This document shows positions 10,831-28,415 of a DNA stretch of 64,000 bases, in pieces. The stretch is from assembly GCF_009834535.1 (NCBI RefSeq), contig NC_045699.1, forward strand, positions 56,792,001 through 56,856,000, in the 5' to 3' direction. Position 1 is the first letter of the stretch, and every line of letters begins with the position of its first letter. The position numbers and the translations under genes were made by a program. This DNA is from Camelus ferus. Taxonomy: Eukaryota. The notes below the pieces were generated by a model. That model saw only the letters and a list, made by a program, of their open reading frames with translations, searched no databases and was not told the DNA's origin.

Positions 10831-11729
10831 AGAACAGTGCAGACTGTGGGGTGCTGCAGGTCATGGGCCCTAATATGTGGAATTGAGAGTCCATATGGAG
10901 CATGGAACAGGTCCAGATTCCCCCTTCCCTAGTTAGGAAATTGGTAATCCAGTGGCTGGTTAAAATGCCTGTTGTTTTTTGGGACCTGCAACCATATGCC
11001 CACTGAGGTTGTAGTTTTAGGGATTTTAGTAAAGCAAAAGGTGCGGATGATGGAATGTGTTGGCTATTTGTTGTGGCCTTTAGGAAGAAGACAAATTAGG
11101 GTCTAAGCTGGACATCTAAGAGGGAAAGAAGAAAATCAAATCTTGTTGAGAGGGGCCCTTAGTGCTCACCAGATGCTAGATCTGAGAATAATATGCCTTG
11201 CTGATTGTGAAGGCTGAGTTCTCTGCCCAAGGATAGAATTACAACTAGCAAGAGCAGGGCACCCAACAGGAGATGGGAACTGTGGAGGAACCAGATCCCC
11301 CAGGATTATCCAAACCCCTCCAGCTGCCTGCCTGGCCCTTATTGCCTTTAGAGACAAAACATAGGAGGGGCTGGAGCAGAGAGAAGGCTGGTACCTCAGG
11401 TGACAAGTCCTGACTCCAGAGAATGCCGCTCACTAGGACCATGATGCCTGAAGGCAGCTCAGCCTCTTGGTCTGCCCTATTACTGGAGCTAGTAACAGCA
11501 TCATGTTACACCAGTAATTTTGTTATCATTTACCGGGAAGCGGTATGGCACAGTGAGTAAGGGTCGAGGCCTTGGAGCTGGGTTATGCGAGTTCAAGTTC
11601 CAGCTCTGCTGTTTGCGGTGATGGGGGTTTGCTATCCTGTTCTGCCACAAACTTGTTGACCAGCCTTGGGAGAGTCAATAGAAACTCTCTAGATAGAGCT
11701 TCCTCATTGCAAACCCAAGCTAAATTTAG

Positions 11730-13710
11730 CATTCCCCTTCCATCCTGACCCCCTTCCAAGCTTTCTTGTCTCAGTAAATAGCCTTTCAGCCACCCAGGAG
11801 CTCAAGCCAAGGTCATCCTTGACATCTAATCTACTTCCTAAATCAATTCCCTACTCCATCCCATGTCACCACTCAGTCCAGGCCACACTTCTCTTCTGTA
11901 CTCTGCCCCTGGGCTGTAGAAATGCTTTTATAAAATGCAAATCAGAGTGAGTCATTCCCCTGGCTAAAGGCTTTCAAATGGCTTCCCTTTCTCTGGGAAT
12001 AATGAAAAGGCTCTCCATCTTCCTTAAACATGGCTCTTGAGCCCCTGCATGGTTTGGTTCTGGTCTTTCTCCACTTGGTTCAGGCCTCCCCCACCCCTTC
12101 TCTGAGTGCCAGTCACACCCACCTTCCAGCTCACTTTAGCCATGGGGCTCCCTCCCTGGAAGGCTCTTCCCTGAACCTGTCTTGGCTTGGTTGCTCATTC
12201 TCCAGGTCTAGGTTTAAATGCCAGAACCTCAGGGAAGCCTTTTCTGATCCTTCAAACCAGGTCAGGCCCTAGTGACCTTCACAGCACCTGTTACCATATC
12301 ATTGGTAACATGTCTGTCTCTTGGTTCTCTTCTGGAAGATTTATCATTGTTGTGCTCAATGCTGACTCCTTGGGACTCTGGATACACAAAGTTGTTTGCT
12401 TCCTGGACTGTTTGTATCTAAAGGGCAGTGTCTGTCTCCCATCTCCTTGTGCCTAGAACATAGCCAGGCCCTATATTTGCTTGGTGATGATGAGTGTGGG
12501 ATGGTGTTGAAGAATGTTCCCTTCCACACTAACCAGAAATGAGCTTAGGGACCAGGGGTCAGGAAGCCCAGAAACTAAGGTGGCAGGAGGTTCTGGTGTG
12601 GTCCAAGTCCTGAGGCCCACCAGTGGTTCATCTCCCATTAATGCTCTGGGCCTCCAGATGACTCTTCAAGTCCCAGTTTTGGCTGGCTACCTCCCAAAGG
12701 CTGAGGAATAAGATCAGGTCTTCAGTTAGGCTGGCCACAGCCCTGGGGGAGGACTACCAGGAGTCAGAGCAGAGCTGCCTCTGACTCAAATAATTCTAAA
12801 TTTTAAAACAGGTTGTACTGCTTTAAAATCCAAATTAATCTTGCTTTGGCTAGAGAGCTGGAATTCTGTCACTTTGCAGACAGGCAAGTGGATTTGCAAA
12901 CTGGCCCCTCCTTAGTTTTATTAGGGGGAAACATTACACTGTGTGACCCTCAGAATAAACTGAAACCACTCAACCAGTTCAACCACAAAGGCAACCCCGT
13001 TTCCTCCCATCCCCTCCTGCATTCTCCCCCAGTGTGAAAGCATCAGCAGAATCTGCTAATTGTGTCTCCAGAATGTATCCTGAATACATTCTGCTTCCTT
13101 CTCTCCACTGCCACCACCCTGGTCCAGGCCACTGTCATTGCTCCCGAGGCTCTGCAACAGCCTCCCACCCAGGCCTTTTCTGACTTGCCCCTCCGGTGTT
13201 TTCAGAACAGCAGAATGTGGGAAATTGGAACACATACAACTCCTGGTTAAAATCCTTCAGATAGCTCTCTATCAGATGCAAGGTAAAACCCAAGCCTCCT
13301 AAAAGGTGTAGGATCTACCTTTCCAACCTCCAGGCCTGTCGCCCACCTCGCCTTCCTCATCCTGCTCCCTGCAGCCCTGCCAAGCTCCTCCCACCGCAGG
13401 GTCCTGCACACTGTGTCATTCTCGGGGCTTCTGGCGTCTGCTTCCCTCTGCTTTCCGGAAGGGTCTTTCCTTGTCCCTCAGCCTCAGGGAGGGCTTCTTA
13501 AGAAAGGCCCAACATCTGTTACTCTGTCTCAGATCCTTTCTTTCCCTCAAAGCACTATTAGACTTGTAACTGCTTTATTTGTCTGTTTTCTTGTTGTCTG
13601 TCGCCCCCCGTTCTCCTTGTGTTGATTCCATGCAGACAAGCTGAGGTCTGTCCTGCTATATCCCCAGGACCCAGCACTGTGCCTGGGCACAGAGCAGATG
13701 ATCTCAAAAA
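11730..13710 (+). mobile_element. L2 fragments (about 11730-12480 and 12960-13710)
   Basis: L2 3' motifs such as aaaatgcaaatcagagtgagtcattcccctggctaaaggctttcaaatggcttccc and ccccaggacccagcactgtgcctgggcacagagcag. Confidence 0.6.
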
Positions 13711-14419
13711 ATAGCTCTTCACTCAAAGCCTTTTTGGTGGTGGCATCTCCAACAGTCACAAACTCTCTCTCTGCTTCTGAATTCTGATCCTTAGGCAGCA
13801 TTTCTGCCTGTTAATGAATAAGTCTTCTCTGCTCATTAATGAGTAATTTTTCTCTGGGTTTATGGCTCAGAGTAAAACAGATCTCAGGCAGCCTGGAAAT
13901 CATTGGCCTATGTGGGAACTGCCTTCCAGAGGAATCAAAGCAAATCTGAACCCTAAACCCAGCATGTCAATCTAGGCCTCGGTCCCAGTGTGCCCAGCTC
14001 TGCTGCCAGAGGCTTTGAACTTCCCAGAGCTTCTTAGGGTCCAAGATCTAACTGCCCTCCTTTTCCCTTATTGCGCCAAGCTCTTCTCCCAAGCCCCACC
14101 AAGCCGATGCCTGTGACTCATGGTGGCTTTCAAGCTGAGGCCACGCCAGAGGAAGAAGCCGGGGTGGCAGAGGTGAGCCTCATGGCTGACCCAGGGGAGA
14201 GAAGGGGAGGCTTAGGAGAGCCCGTGAGGATGTGGCTGCGAGTGGGAAGATTTGGCACGCTGGCAGCAACCACCCAGGGCTTCTGGGTGCCTGCCAGCAT
14301 GTAAGCAGGAAGAGGGCACGATCGCACAGTTCTAAAAGCAGCATTTACTTTGGTTTTCACTTCTCCAAGACCTGGGAATTTTAGAAGCTCTAGTTCTTGG
14401 GTCTTGCATACTTTCTCCA

Positions 14420-19062
<4,643 letters not shown>

Positions 19063-19467
19063 TCACCAATCCCTGCCTGTCTACACCAAGTAGACAAAGG
19101 AAAGTAGGCGTTCAGAAACTGAATTTCAGAGCGATTTGACTCTTAATAATATAAAATCTGGGTTCGTATTTTATATGGTCTCTCTTTTTTAAAACAACAT
19201 GTCTCTAGTAAATTCACTGTATTTTATCAAAGAATCAGTCTGGGATGGACTGGAAATTAGTATGAGAAGCCCTGATCAAGCCACTACTTAACCTTTGTTT
19301 ATTCCATGAACAATGTCATGTGCAAGGCAGAACTTTTAGAAAAGCACAGATAAGCAAAGAGAAAACTCTTCCGTAATCCTACCTCTAAAGAAAAGCACTG
19401 TTAACCCCCTGGTTCACGGACTTCTTGTCGGGCAGGACACTAAGAGGATTAAAGAGCATCTTGCCCG

Positions 19468-19493
19468 ACAGACAGACAGACAGACAGACAGAC
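19468..19493. repeat. (CAGA)n microsatellite
   Basis: gacagacagacagacagacagacagacc in ALAD intron 1. Confidence 0.9.
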
Positions 19494-20674
19494 CCCCTGT
19501 GGAGTAGCCACGGAAGCTGTCTTTTCCAGCCTGAGACCTTCCGCTGCTCCTCAAACACCAGCCACACTTGGCCACCTTCTGGCTGTCTTCCCACAACCTC
19601 CCCACCCCCAAACCCTCCCGGGTTCTCCCCCAGACGGCCCCTCCTTCCTCTGGCACTGCAGCAACTCTTCTTGCCCAGATCACAATCTCTCTTACATAAC
19701 AGTTCTCTGTGGACCTAGCTTGTCTTGTCTCAGTAGGCAGAGCTTCTGCAGGGCAAGGTCCAGAGTTAGTTCATTTTTGCCTCCCCCACAGCTGTCTGCC
19801 ACCCAGTCAACAGGTAATTACATGAAGTACAAGTACAAGGTGCCCTAAACTCCAAGTAAGGGATGTAAGACTGGAGGAAACTGGGGCATTAACATTTGTT
19901 TCTTGAGTACCTACTATGTGCCAGGCCACGCTGGGCACTCGCACATATGATTTCTCATCGAGTTGGCACTGCAGTCCTGGGAGGTTGGGCTGACCAAGTG
20001 CATCTTGAAGAGGTGGAGCCTACTATGAATGAACCACGGCTTCCAATGTGAGTCAGGAGGCAGGAGAAGCTTGTTGGAAGGAGATAAGACTTGAACTAGG
20101 TTTTGCAGGATGCGGGTGTTCAGCTTGGCAAAGGGAAAGGCGAGAGCGTTCCCTTAGGAAGGGAAGAAAGGGGCCAGGGTGGGGAAAGAGGCTGGGCTGT
20201 GGACTGTTCTGAGGACTGGAGGCAATGGAGGGTGTATGTTTGGAGGGGAGGGGCTGAGGTGGTGGAAGGAGGGCAGACTGAGGACTAGGAAGATTTCTGA
20301 GCAGGAGGCAGGGGAGTGGCCTGGTCAAAGCCTGGCTTTAGGAAGATAATTTTTGCAGCCTGAGTAGAGCAGACTAGAAGCAGAGGACAGAGGCTGTGGG
20401 TTCAGAGGGGCGGAGAAGGAGGGGCCGTCAAAAGGCGGCCAAGAGGCAGTCTCTAGGGGCCGATGCTCTAGCTTGCTTGACCCTGAGGGCAACAGAGACA
20501 GGGACAGGCAGGAAGAGGGCGGTGGGGAGCCAAGCTTGGAGAGGAGGTGGAGAGCTCGATTTCAGACACTTCCTTTTGGAGGTGCCTAATAGCCAAGTAA
20601 GGGAAAAAAAACAGAGCCACAGATCTCTCCCTTTATGAATGGAACCTCAAGTCCAGAGAGAGGCAGGGACTTAC

Positions 20675-20870
20675 CCGAGGCTGTACACTCTCTGGGCCTG
20701 GTGTTGGGGGGGGGTCCTTTAGTACATTGATGATGCCTTCCTATCTCCCACCTCCCAGTCTCCCAGGCCACTTTGGCTCCCTCCCAGCCAGCTCAGGGGC
20801 CTATCTTGTCTGATCCTCCTCCTGGGCAGGCTTGGGGTTATCAGGAGCCACACGGGCTCCACCCTACCAC
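20675..20870 (-). promoter_or_regulatory. ALAD: Candidate ALAD erythroid promoter and non-coding exon 1B
   Basis: Strong donor CGG|GTAAGT (exon end 20675). Immediately upstream are WGATAR motifs at 20741-20746, 20801-20806 and 20838-20843, and a CCACCC box at 20859-20864. Lies between exon 1A and exon 2. Confidence 0.6.
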
Positions 20871-23699
20871 CAGTCCCCTGGGCCAGCACATCATCTGACC
20901 CAGGGGCAAGCCAGGCCTCCCCAAAGATGTCCCAACCCCCATATGAGCAATCATCCAGCAGATACAAAGTCCTGAGTGCCCATTCTGTGCAACATTCTGC
21001 TTTCAGGTCTAGCCCAGCCTAGGTTAAGTCACTTGCCCAAGATCACGCAGCCAGTTAGTGACTGAGCCAGAATTTGAGTTTGTGTTAGAGTGACTGCAGG
21101 GTTTTACCTAATGTACCCAACACTATTGAAAAACACTTGATTCAGTAGGCAGCTATCTACCTATACTCTCTCTGCCTTGGGGCTGGAGAGATGGAGGATA
21201 CCAGAGAAAAATATACTGAGTGAATGTTACGTGCCAGGCACTGCACTAGGTACTTTATATATATATAAAATCTCATTTAATTGCTGGGAGTTGTTCTAAT
21301 TTTAGTGATAAGGAAACAGAGGCTCAGAGAGGTTAAGTGACTTGCTCAATGTCATTCTGCAGAGTCATATCATGTTTTGAAGCTAGGTTTTTATGTCTCT
21401 GACTCCTTTCCCAGAAAACAACCTTTGTAGCAGCAGGCCCCTGGCTTCTGGAATCTAAAGCTGCATTCCAGTAGCCTCAACTCAGCATCTACTTCAGAAG
21501 GCTGAGGAGCAAATAAATGCCTTCTGCTTATCGGAAGCAACAGGGCAGGGCTGCCCAGGGGCCTTGCAGTCCAATTCACACAGAGACTAGGGGCTTGGGG
21601 GTATGGGTCAAGGGAGGAGGGTGAGAGTGGTGAGAGGGGGGACTTACTAGGGCGGTCCACTTGTATCTGTTTTTTTAATTTTAGGATTCAGTGAGATTTG
21701 AGAAATGGGTAAGAGAGCTGAAAAAATTAAAAAGTTAAAAATCACCGAGCTTGTTTAATCCCTTACATTCTGATGTGGAAAGAAGGGAACAGAAAGGCAA
21801 CAGGAGCTGTTTGACATCCACAATGACTCAGGTATAGAGCTAGGCTTGATCTTGGGTCTCTTGGCTTCTCCTCAAGTGCCCTGTTACCTGCACCAATGCA
21901 TAGTCATTATGTTACAACATGTGCTTAATAAATATCTGTGGAGTAAAACAGAGCAACAGAGGTGCTTCTCTCCTTGCAGAGTCAAATCCAGGTGGAAGTT
22001 TTGCTTTGTAAAAAGTCCCTCACAGATTGGAAGATTTTCGCATACTGGGGAGTGGTACTTCTCCCAAATCAAGGGAGCCTGGAAGCCACAGCTTAAATCC
22101 TGTTACTCCACACTGAAGACAAGGGCAAGCCATCATGGGATTCAGAACAGGTTAGTTAACTGGAAGGCTGTATCAGGCAAAGCAGAAAGAACAATGTTTC
22201 AGGGTCAAACAGTCCCAGGGCTGATCTGTGCTGTGTGTGTGACTATGGGCAAGGTTACAGAGTCTTCATTTCATAATCCATAAAATAGGAATGATACTAC
22301 CAAACTCGCAAAGCTGTAGAGAAGATCAGAGATAGGAAAGAGGGACGTGCCTGGAAAAGCAGCCACACAGTAAAACTGGAGCTACTTCTACTACTGTTAG
22401 GAGTAGAAGGGAGCTGGAAGTCGATCTCCTGGTGTGCCATCACAGCTGTGTCTTCTGCACCACACCCAGAAGGAAGAACTTTCACTCAAACCAGTATGGG
22501 CCACAGAGTGTTCCAAGATATCTGAGGTGGGGCCCCTGCCTTCCAGCAGTTTATGTGATGGAGGAGATACAATCACCACACAGATGCTACAGTAGAGGGG
22601 TGGACTAGGTGATATGGGAGGGACCTGTGTCTCTGGGAGTCGAGGATGGATGACTTCATGGAAGAGGAGACACTGAGGGATAAGAAAATTTTCAGATTGA
22701 CTGTGAAGGTAACATTCTCAATTTGGGAGTAACCTAAGTTGGGCCCTGAGAGCTACATTCTGGAGGGGCTGAGAAGAGCTGTAGGACCAGAACCTGCCCC
22801 TACTCCCCATGTTGTGCACCACCGGATTCCAGAGGCTGTGGTTTTGGCACAGCGGGCTAGGAGCTGCTGCCAGCTATGGCAGGCTCTGCCACCAGCAGGG
22901 GAGGCAGTCAGGAGGGCCAGCTAGGTAGAAGGTGGCCAGGGCTGAGAAATCCAAAGCCCCAGCAGCACCCAGGATAGCGACTGTCAGGTAGTTCTAAAAA
23001 GGGACCGATAGGCTGCCTGTTTATTCAACCCACATTTCCTGAATATCCACTCTGGGCCTGCCCCAGTGCTAGAAACAGGGATTAAAGAGAAGAATGAGAC
23101 CCAGGCCCTGACTTGGCTTTGAAGAGCCCAGTCTCCTCTGGGATTAGACATTTGGAGCAGTAAGGAGAATTTGCCAGTTTCACAAACTCCTAGAATATTG
23201 ATTAAGAGGGTTCTTAAAGTTGTCTGATTACATCATTGAAATGATAGGGAAACTAAGCTCGAGAAGGGCAGACTCTGGTCCAAGATCACATAGGGGGGTC
23301 AGTGGCAGATCTGGGGCTAGAATCCAGATATCCAGCAGTGAAGTCCTCAGTGCCCACCATTACCCCTTGATAACTTTAAGTACAGATTTCAAAGCTGCTT
23401 CTCAGCAGAGTTGGGCTCCTGAAGAGCTCTGGGTGATGTGGGTAGGGGAGGGAGGAGGTAAAAGGGCAACCTAGACCTGGCAGCAGCTGGAAGCATGATG
23501 GTTAAGCCTGTGAGTTTGGGAGTCTGTAGATGTGGGTTCAAATCCTGGTTCTGTAACTTTCCAGCTGTGTGACCTCAGTTTCCTCATCTCGTAAATAAGG
23601 ACTTAAACGGACCTCAATGGGCTGTTGTAAGACTGAATGGGCCAATGCATGTAATGTACTTACAAGCCAAGCACAGAGTGGCTATTATTGTTTGCACCT

Positions 23700-24400
23700 C
23701 CCTCCCCCATCCTGCGAGGCACCTCGGGCTCTGCACTGATGGAGACTGCCCCCGCGATCTCCAAGGAAATGGACCCCAGAGAGGAGACTGGGAGCCCAGA
23801 CCCGGGCCTCCCAGGGCTACAGCCATGCAGAGATCCCGACCCCGCCGCAGTAGGACAATCTACCTCTAAGACCCCAATTAGGGGTCCCACAGTGACTCCG
23901 TCCCCGGGTGCACCGCGAGCACTTCTGCCGTACAGCACAACCTGGATCTGGAGACACAAGGCTCTTGGTGCCACAGTCCTCGCCTCCCAGTCCGCCATCT
24001 CGCCGAGTCCGGCCCCCTACTCACCTATCTCCCTAAGGAATCCGAGCCGCCGCTCCCGCCACCGCAGTCGCGCGCTTTAGTCTCCCCGGGGCCCACGTGG
24101 GGGCGGGGCGGCTTCCCCGGAAGCAGCAACCCCCTCACAGCCCGCCCCAGACCTCCTGCAGGCCACGCCCCCTGCGGGCACATTGCCTGAGGGCAGGTCA
24201 GCTCCGGCCGCGGCCCCGCCCACGCACGTCGGCAGGCCTGGCCAATCGAGTGTGCCGAAAGGGACCGCCCCTCCCTTCGCCGGGGTCCGCGCATGTGCCG
24301 GGGAAGGCCCCAGGGAGCCCACTTGGGGGCGCAAGAGCAGTTCAGGAGGGGTGCTGCGTGAGAGCCGGCTGGGAAGGCGGTAACATCTCTAAGGTTTTCT
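23700..24400 (-). promoter_or_regulatory. ALAD: ALAD housekeeping CpG-island promoter and non-coding exon 1A
   Basis: Donor TAG|GTGAGT (exon end 24025). E-box CACGTG at 24094-24099, GC boxes at about 24100-24110 and 24211-24220, CCAAT at 24242-24246, NRF1-like GCGCATGTGC at 24289-24298. No TATA box. Confidence 0.85.
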
Positions 24401-25579
24401 TCACAGCCCTTCTCTTCCCAGCCTATCACATACTTGGCGCTGGTTGTTTGTGGAAAGAACAATTACATGTCAAGGACATTAAAATAACACCATGATGTCC
24501 AACACAATAGCTAAGTCCGTTTTTGCCATCTGAACATTTTAAAGTTGTTGGGTTCAGCACCGGGCTGCCATCCAAGTTTCCAGAGAAAATTTATTCCAGC
24601 GTAATTACTCAGGGCTTACTCTGTTGCACAGTTTGGGAGATGTGATGTGAAAGACATGGGCACTTTGGAAAGACTCCAAGTCTGAGAGGGGCATCCGACC
24701 TCGCTATCTATGATGGGTACAATGAGAAATTTGACCAAAAGTCGGGTGGTAGGAGGGCGGTGCGGCAGAGTATGTGCAAGGGCAGGAGGGATCTGCTGAG
24801 GCTTATGGGGCTTGGATGAACTGGCAGGATCGAAGAGTGAAACAGGGGTAGGGATCCATAACCTAGCAAAGGAATTTCTTTATAAAGGTGAGAGGGATTA
24901 CTGAAAAGTCAAGTCTGAACTGTGAAGGATGCACATGGGTGTATGACATTTATTGTCAGATTTTATTTCTCAAAATTTGTACACCAGACCTGTTTTATAC
25001 CTCTCCAAGTCGAAGAGGCAGAGGCTTAATGCTAGGGAAATAAGACACTGCTTAGTTCCCAGCTGCTGGAGTTCTGATTTGTGTTCAAATATGAAAGGTG
25101 GTGGAAAGAAAGTAGTGTTTTGTGTGTATGAGTCAGGGACAGTACCATACATTTCACATTCACTTATCTAATTTTGACAATAACTATGTTACTATGAATT
25201 TTATAGATTGGAAAAAACAATCGCCGGAAGATTAATTTCCCCCGTCACAGTGGGCTTTCTCTTCAATGTCTGCTAACCATACTCCTTCAACACGTAGGGG
25301 TAATTATTGTTTATTTTTCCCCCCAGTTTAGATCCCCTGCCCAATATTTCTTTCGTGACACCTGTTCCATCTCTGAGTTTACTGATAACTAATTAGGACC
25401 GTTTACCTCTAAGATCTCAAACAGGGGGGGAAATTTAAGAATGTTACTGTTTGGTGTAATCTGTTTTCCCTATGTCTCTCTTATTTTTGACTGAAAAACG
25501 TGTTCCCACTTCCTGCACCCCCCTTTAAACTATAATTTTCTCTTAATCTGTCACTCTTATCCATAAAAAATATTGTGAA

Positions 25580-26477
25580 TGCAATAATACAAATAAATCT
25601 TGAACAGAATGTTGAGCAAAAGGAGTCAGACACAAGAGTACATATTGTATGATTTCGTTTATGTGAAGTACAAACCCAGGCAGAATTAATCTGTGCTAGA
25701 AGTCAGGACGACTACTACTGGGGAGATAGGGAGTGACTGGAAGGGAGCCCAAAGGCTCTTTTTTAGGGTGCTGGTCATGTTGTTTATTGATCTCAATGTG
25801 AGTTTCATGGATGTGTTTAGTGTGTGAAAATTTATCAAGCTCTGCTTTTATTTGCCCTTTTTGGTATATTTTACTTAAGACAAAGAAAAAAAACCCCATA
25901 AAATCCAAACTCCACCAAACTATTATGAATACCTCCCAGGTAGTTACATGGCATTGTGCTAAATGCTTGTGAAGAGCATAAAAAGAACTAGAGATTAGTG
26001 GTTGCCAGGGGATGTGAGGAGGAAAGCATGGGGAGGGAGTAACTNNNNNNNNNNNNNNNNNNNNNNNNNNNNNNNNNNNNNNNNNNNNNNNNNNNNNNNN
26101 NNNNNNNNNNNNNNNNNNNNNNNNNNNNNNNNNNNNNNNNNNNNNNNNNNNNNNNNNNNNNNNNNNNNNNNNNNNNNNNNNNNNGTTAAAAAAGAAAATT
26201 GCTTCACCAAATGCAGTGTGATATTCTGGATTGGATCCTGGAAAAGAAAAAGCACATTAGTGGAAAAACTGGTGAGATACCAATAGTTTGGTGTTTAATC
26301 GATAGTTTGGTTTTTTTTGTTTGTTTGTTTGTTTGTTTGTTTGGTTTTTTAGTTTTGACAATTGTACCATGGTTATGTAAGATGTTGACATGAGGGGAAA
26401 TTGTGTGATGGTTATATGCAAACTCTCTGCACTCTTTGCTACTTTTCTGTAAATCTAAAATTGTTCAAAAAAAAAAA
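25580..26477 (+). mobile_element. Old L1 (L1MB/L1MC-like) 3' fragments spanning an assembly gap
   Basis: agtcagacacaagagtacatattgtatgatttcgtttatgtgaag... and tagtggttgccagggg...tgtaaatctaaaattgttc followed by poly-A. Confidence 0.7.
26045..26184. other. Assembly gap (N run)
   Basis: 140 N bases. Confidence 1.
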
Positions 26478-26950
26478 GGAAGGAGCAGCAGCAGCCAGGC
26501 TATGGGCCACTGGATCAGAATCCCAGCTTTCATAAATTAGTGGTAAGATCTTGGGCAAGTCAGTTCTCTCTGATGAGCCTCAATTTCTTGTCTGTGAGAA
26601 CAGGAGATTAGGCTGCAAAAGTAATTTTGCATCGGTAAGGATGATAATCCTCCCATCCTCCGAACCCAGATCACAATCTCTAGGCATGAAGAGGAGAGAT
26701 GAGAAACAGATGAGAAACATTACCCTAGCCTAGTAGAGAAACTTCAAAATCCAGATCCTACTACAAGGATGATAGAGGTGTGGCTGAGAAAAACCAGTGG
26801 ATGACCTCAAACATTCTTCCCAGTCCTTGAATTCTGTAGTTTTAACTTATAGTTCCAACTCTCAGGAAACATTTTTCTTAGGTAATCAAAATTTGGTGAG
26901 AACTAAAGTCATGTGGAAGAAGAATTCTTTGGGGGATTCATTTTTTTCCA

Positions 26951-27590
26951 TTTTTAAAAATTGAAGTATAGTCAGTTTACAATGTTGTGTCAATTTCTTG
27001 TGTACAGCATCATGTTTCAGTCATACATATACATACATATATTCCTTTTCATATTGTTTTTCATTATAGGTTACTATAAGATATTGACTATAGTTATACT
27101 ATACAGTATAAACTTATTTGTCTATTTTATATATAACAGTTAGTATCTGTTAATCCCAAACTCCCAATTTATCCTTTCCCACTCCTTTTCCTCCCTTGTA
27201 ACCATAAGTTTATTTTCTAAGTCTGTGAGTCTGTTTCTGTTTTGTAAATAAGTTCATTTGTGCCCTTTTTTTTTTTTTTTAAGATTCCACATATCAGTAA
27301 TAGCATATGCTATTTTTCTTTCTCTTTCTGGCTTACTTCATTTAGAATGGCGGTCTCTAGGTCCATCCGTGCTGCTGCAAATAGCATTATTTTATTCTGT
27401 TTTATGGCTGAGTAGTATTTCATTGTATAAATATACTACAACTACTTCACTCATTCATCTGTTGATGGACATTTAGGTTATTTACATGTCTTGGCTACTG
27501 TAAACAGTGCTACTGTGAACATTGGGATGTATGTATCTTTTCATATTAGAGTTCCCTCAGAATATATATGCTCAGGAGTGGGATTGCTGG
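26951..27590 (-). mobile_element. L1 3' end, same family as the 3721-4300 copy
   Basis: tttttaaaaattgaagtatagtcagtttacaatg...ctcaggagtgggattgctgg. Confidence 0.85.
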
Positions 27591-27879
27591 GGGGGATTCA
27601 TTCTTGACTGAAGACTTATGTGGGGTAGAAGATTACAATAGAAGGTAAGGTGAGCCCTCCTTAAGCAGCCTTTGAGTAACAGGTCTAGGAATAGATTTGA
27701 TTTAATAAAAAGCAGCAAGGCACTGCAGCATAGCAACATTCTAGGAAGAGCCACTTGGCAAGCAGTACACAGAGGAAGCTAGGGGAAGCAGAGATGAGGC
27801 AGGAAACTGAGCTCAAAGGAAGCCATACAAGTCCAGATGGAACTTGAGGGCTTAGCTAAGTGGTGCCCATGGGAGTTAA

Positions 27880-28415
27880 AAAATGATCTGTTTCTACATA
27901 TATGTACCCCTATGTTCATTGTGGCATTATTTATAATAGCCAAGATATAGAAACAACCTAAATGCCCACCACCAGATGAATGGATAAACAGGGTGTGGTA
28001 TATATATACACACGCACATACAGACACACACAATGGACTACTACTCAGCTATAAAAGGATGAAATCTTGCCTTCCATGACAACATGGATGGACCTTGAGG
28101 GTATTATGCTAAGTGACATAAGTCCTATGGAGAAAGACAAATACTGTATGATTTCACTTGTATGTGGAGTATAAAAAACAAAAACCAAAATAAATGAACA
28201 AACCAAACCAAACCTACAGAGAACAAAGTAGTGGTTACCAGAGGGGAAGGGGTGAGGGGAAGGAAAAATTGGTAAAGGGGATCAGCAGTATGGCGATGGA
28301 TGGAAGCTAAATTTTTGGTAGTGAGCATGTTACAGGGTAATACAGAAATAGAAATATAATGTTGTACACATTATATGAAACATGTTATAGATATTACTTC
28401 AATACATTTTTTACA
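27880..28415 (+). mobile_element. L1 (L1MA-like) 3' fragment
   Basis: cctatgttcattgtggcattatttataatagccaagatatagaaacaacctaaatgccc...gaccttgagggtattatgctaagtg. Confidence 0.8.

Noticed and set aside
25170-25560. Unassigned AT-rich intergenic segment, possible DNA transposon or conserved element
   Set aside because: I could not recognise terminal repeats or a family by eye. It needs a Dfam search.
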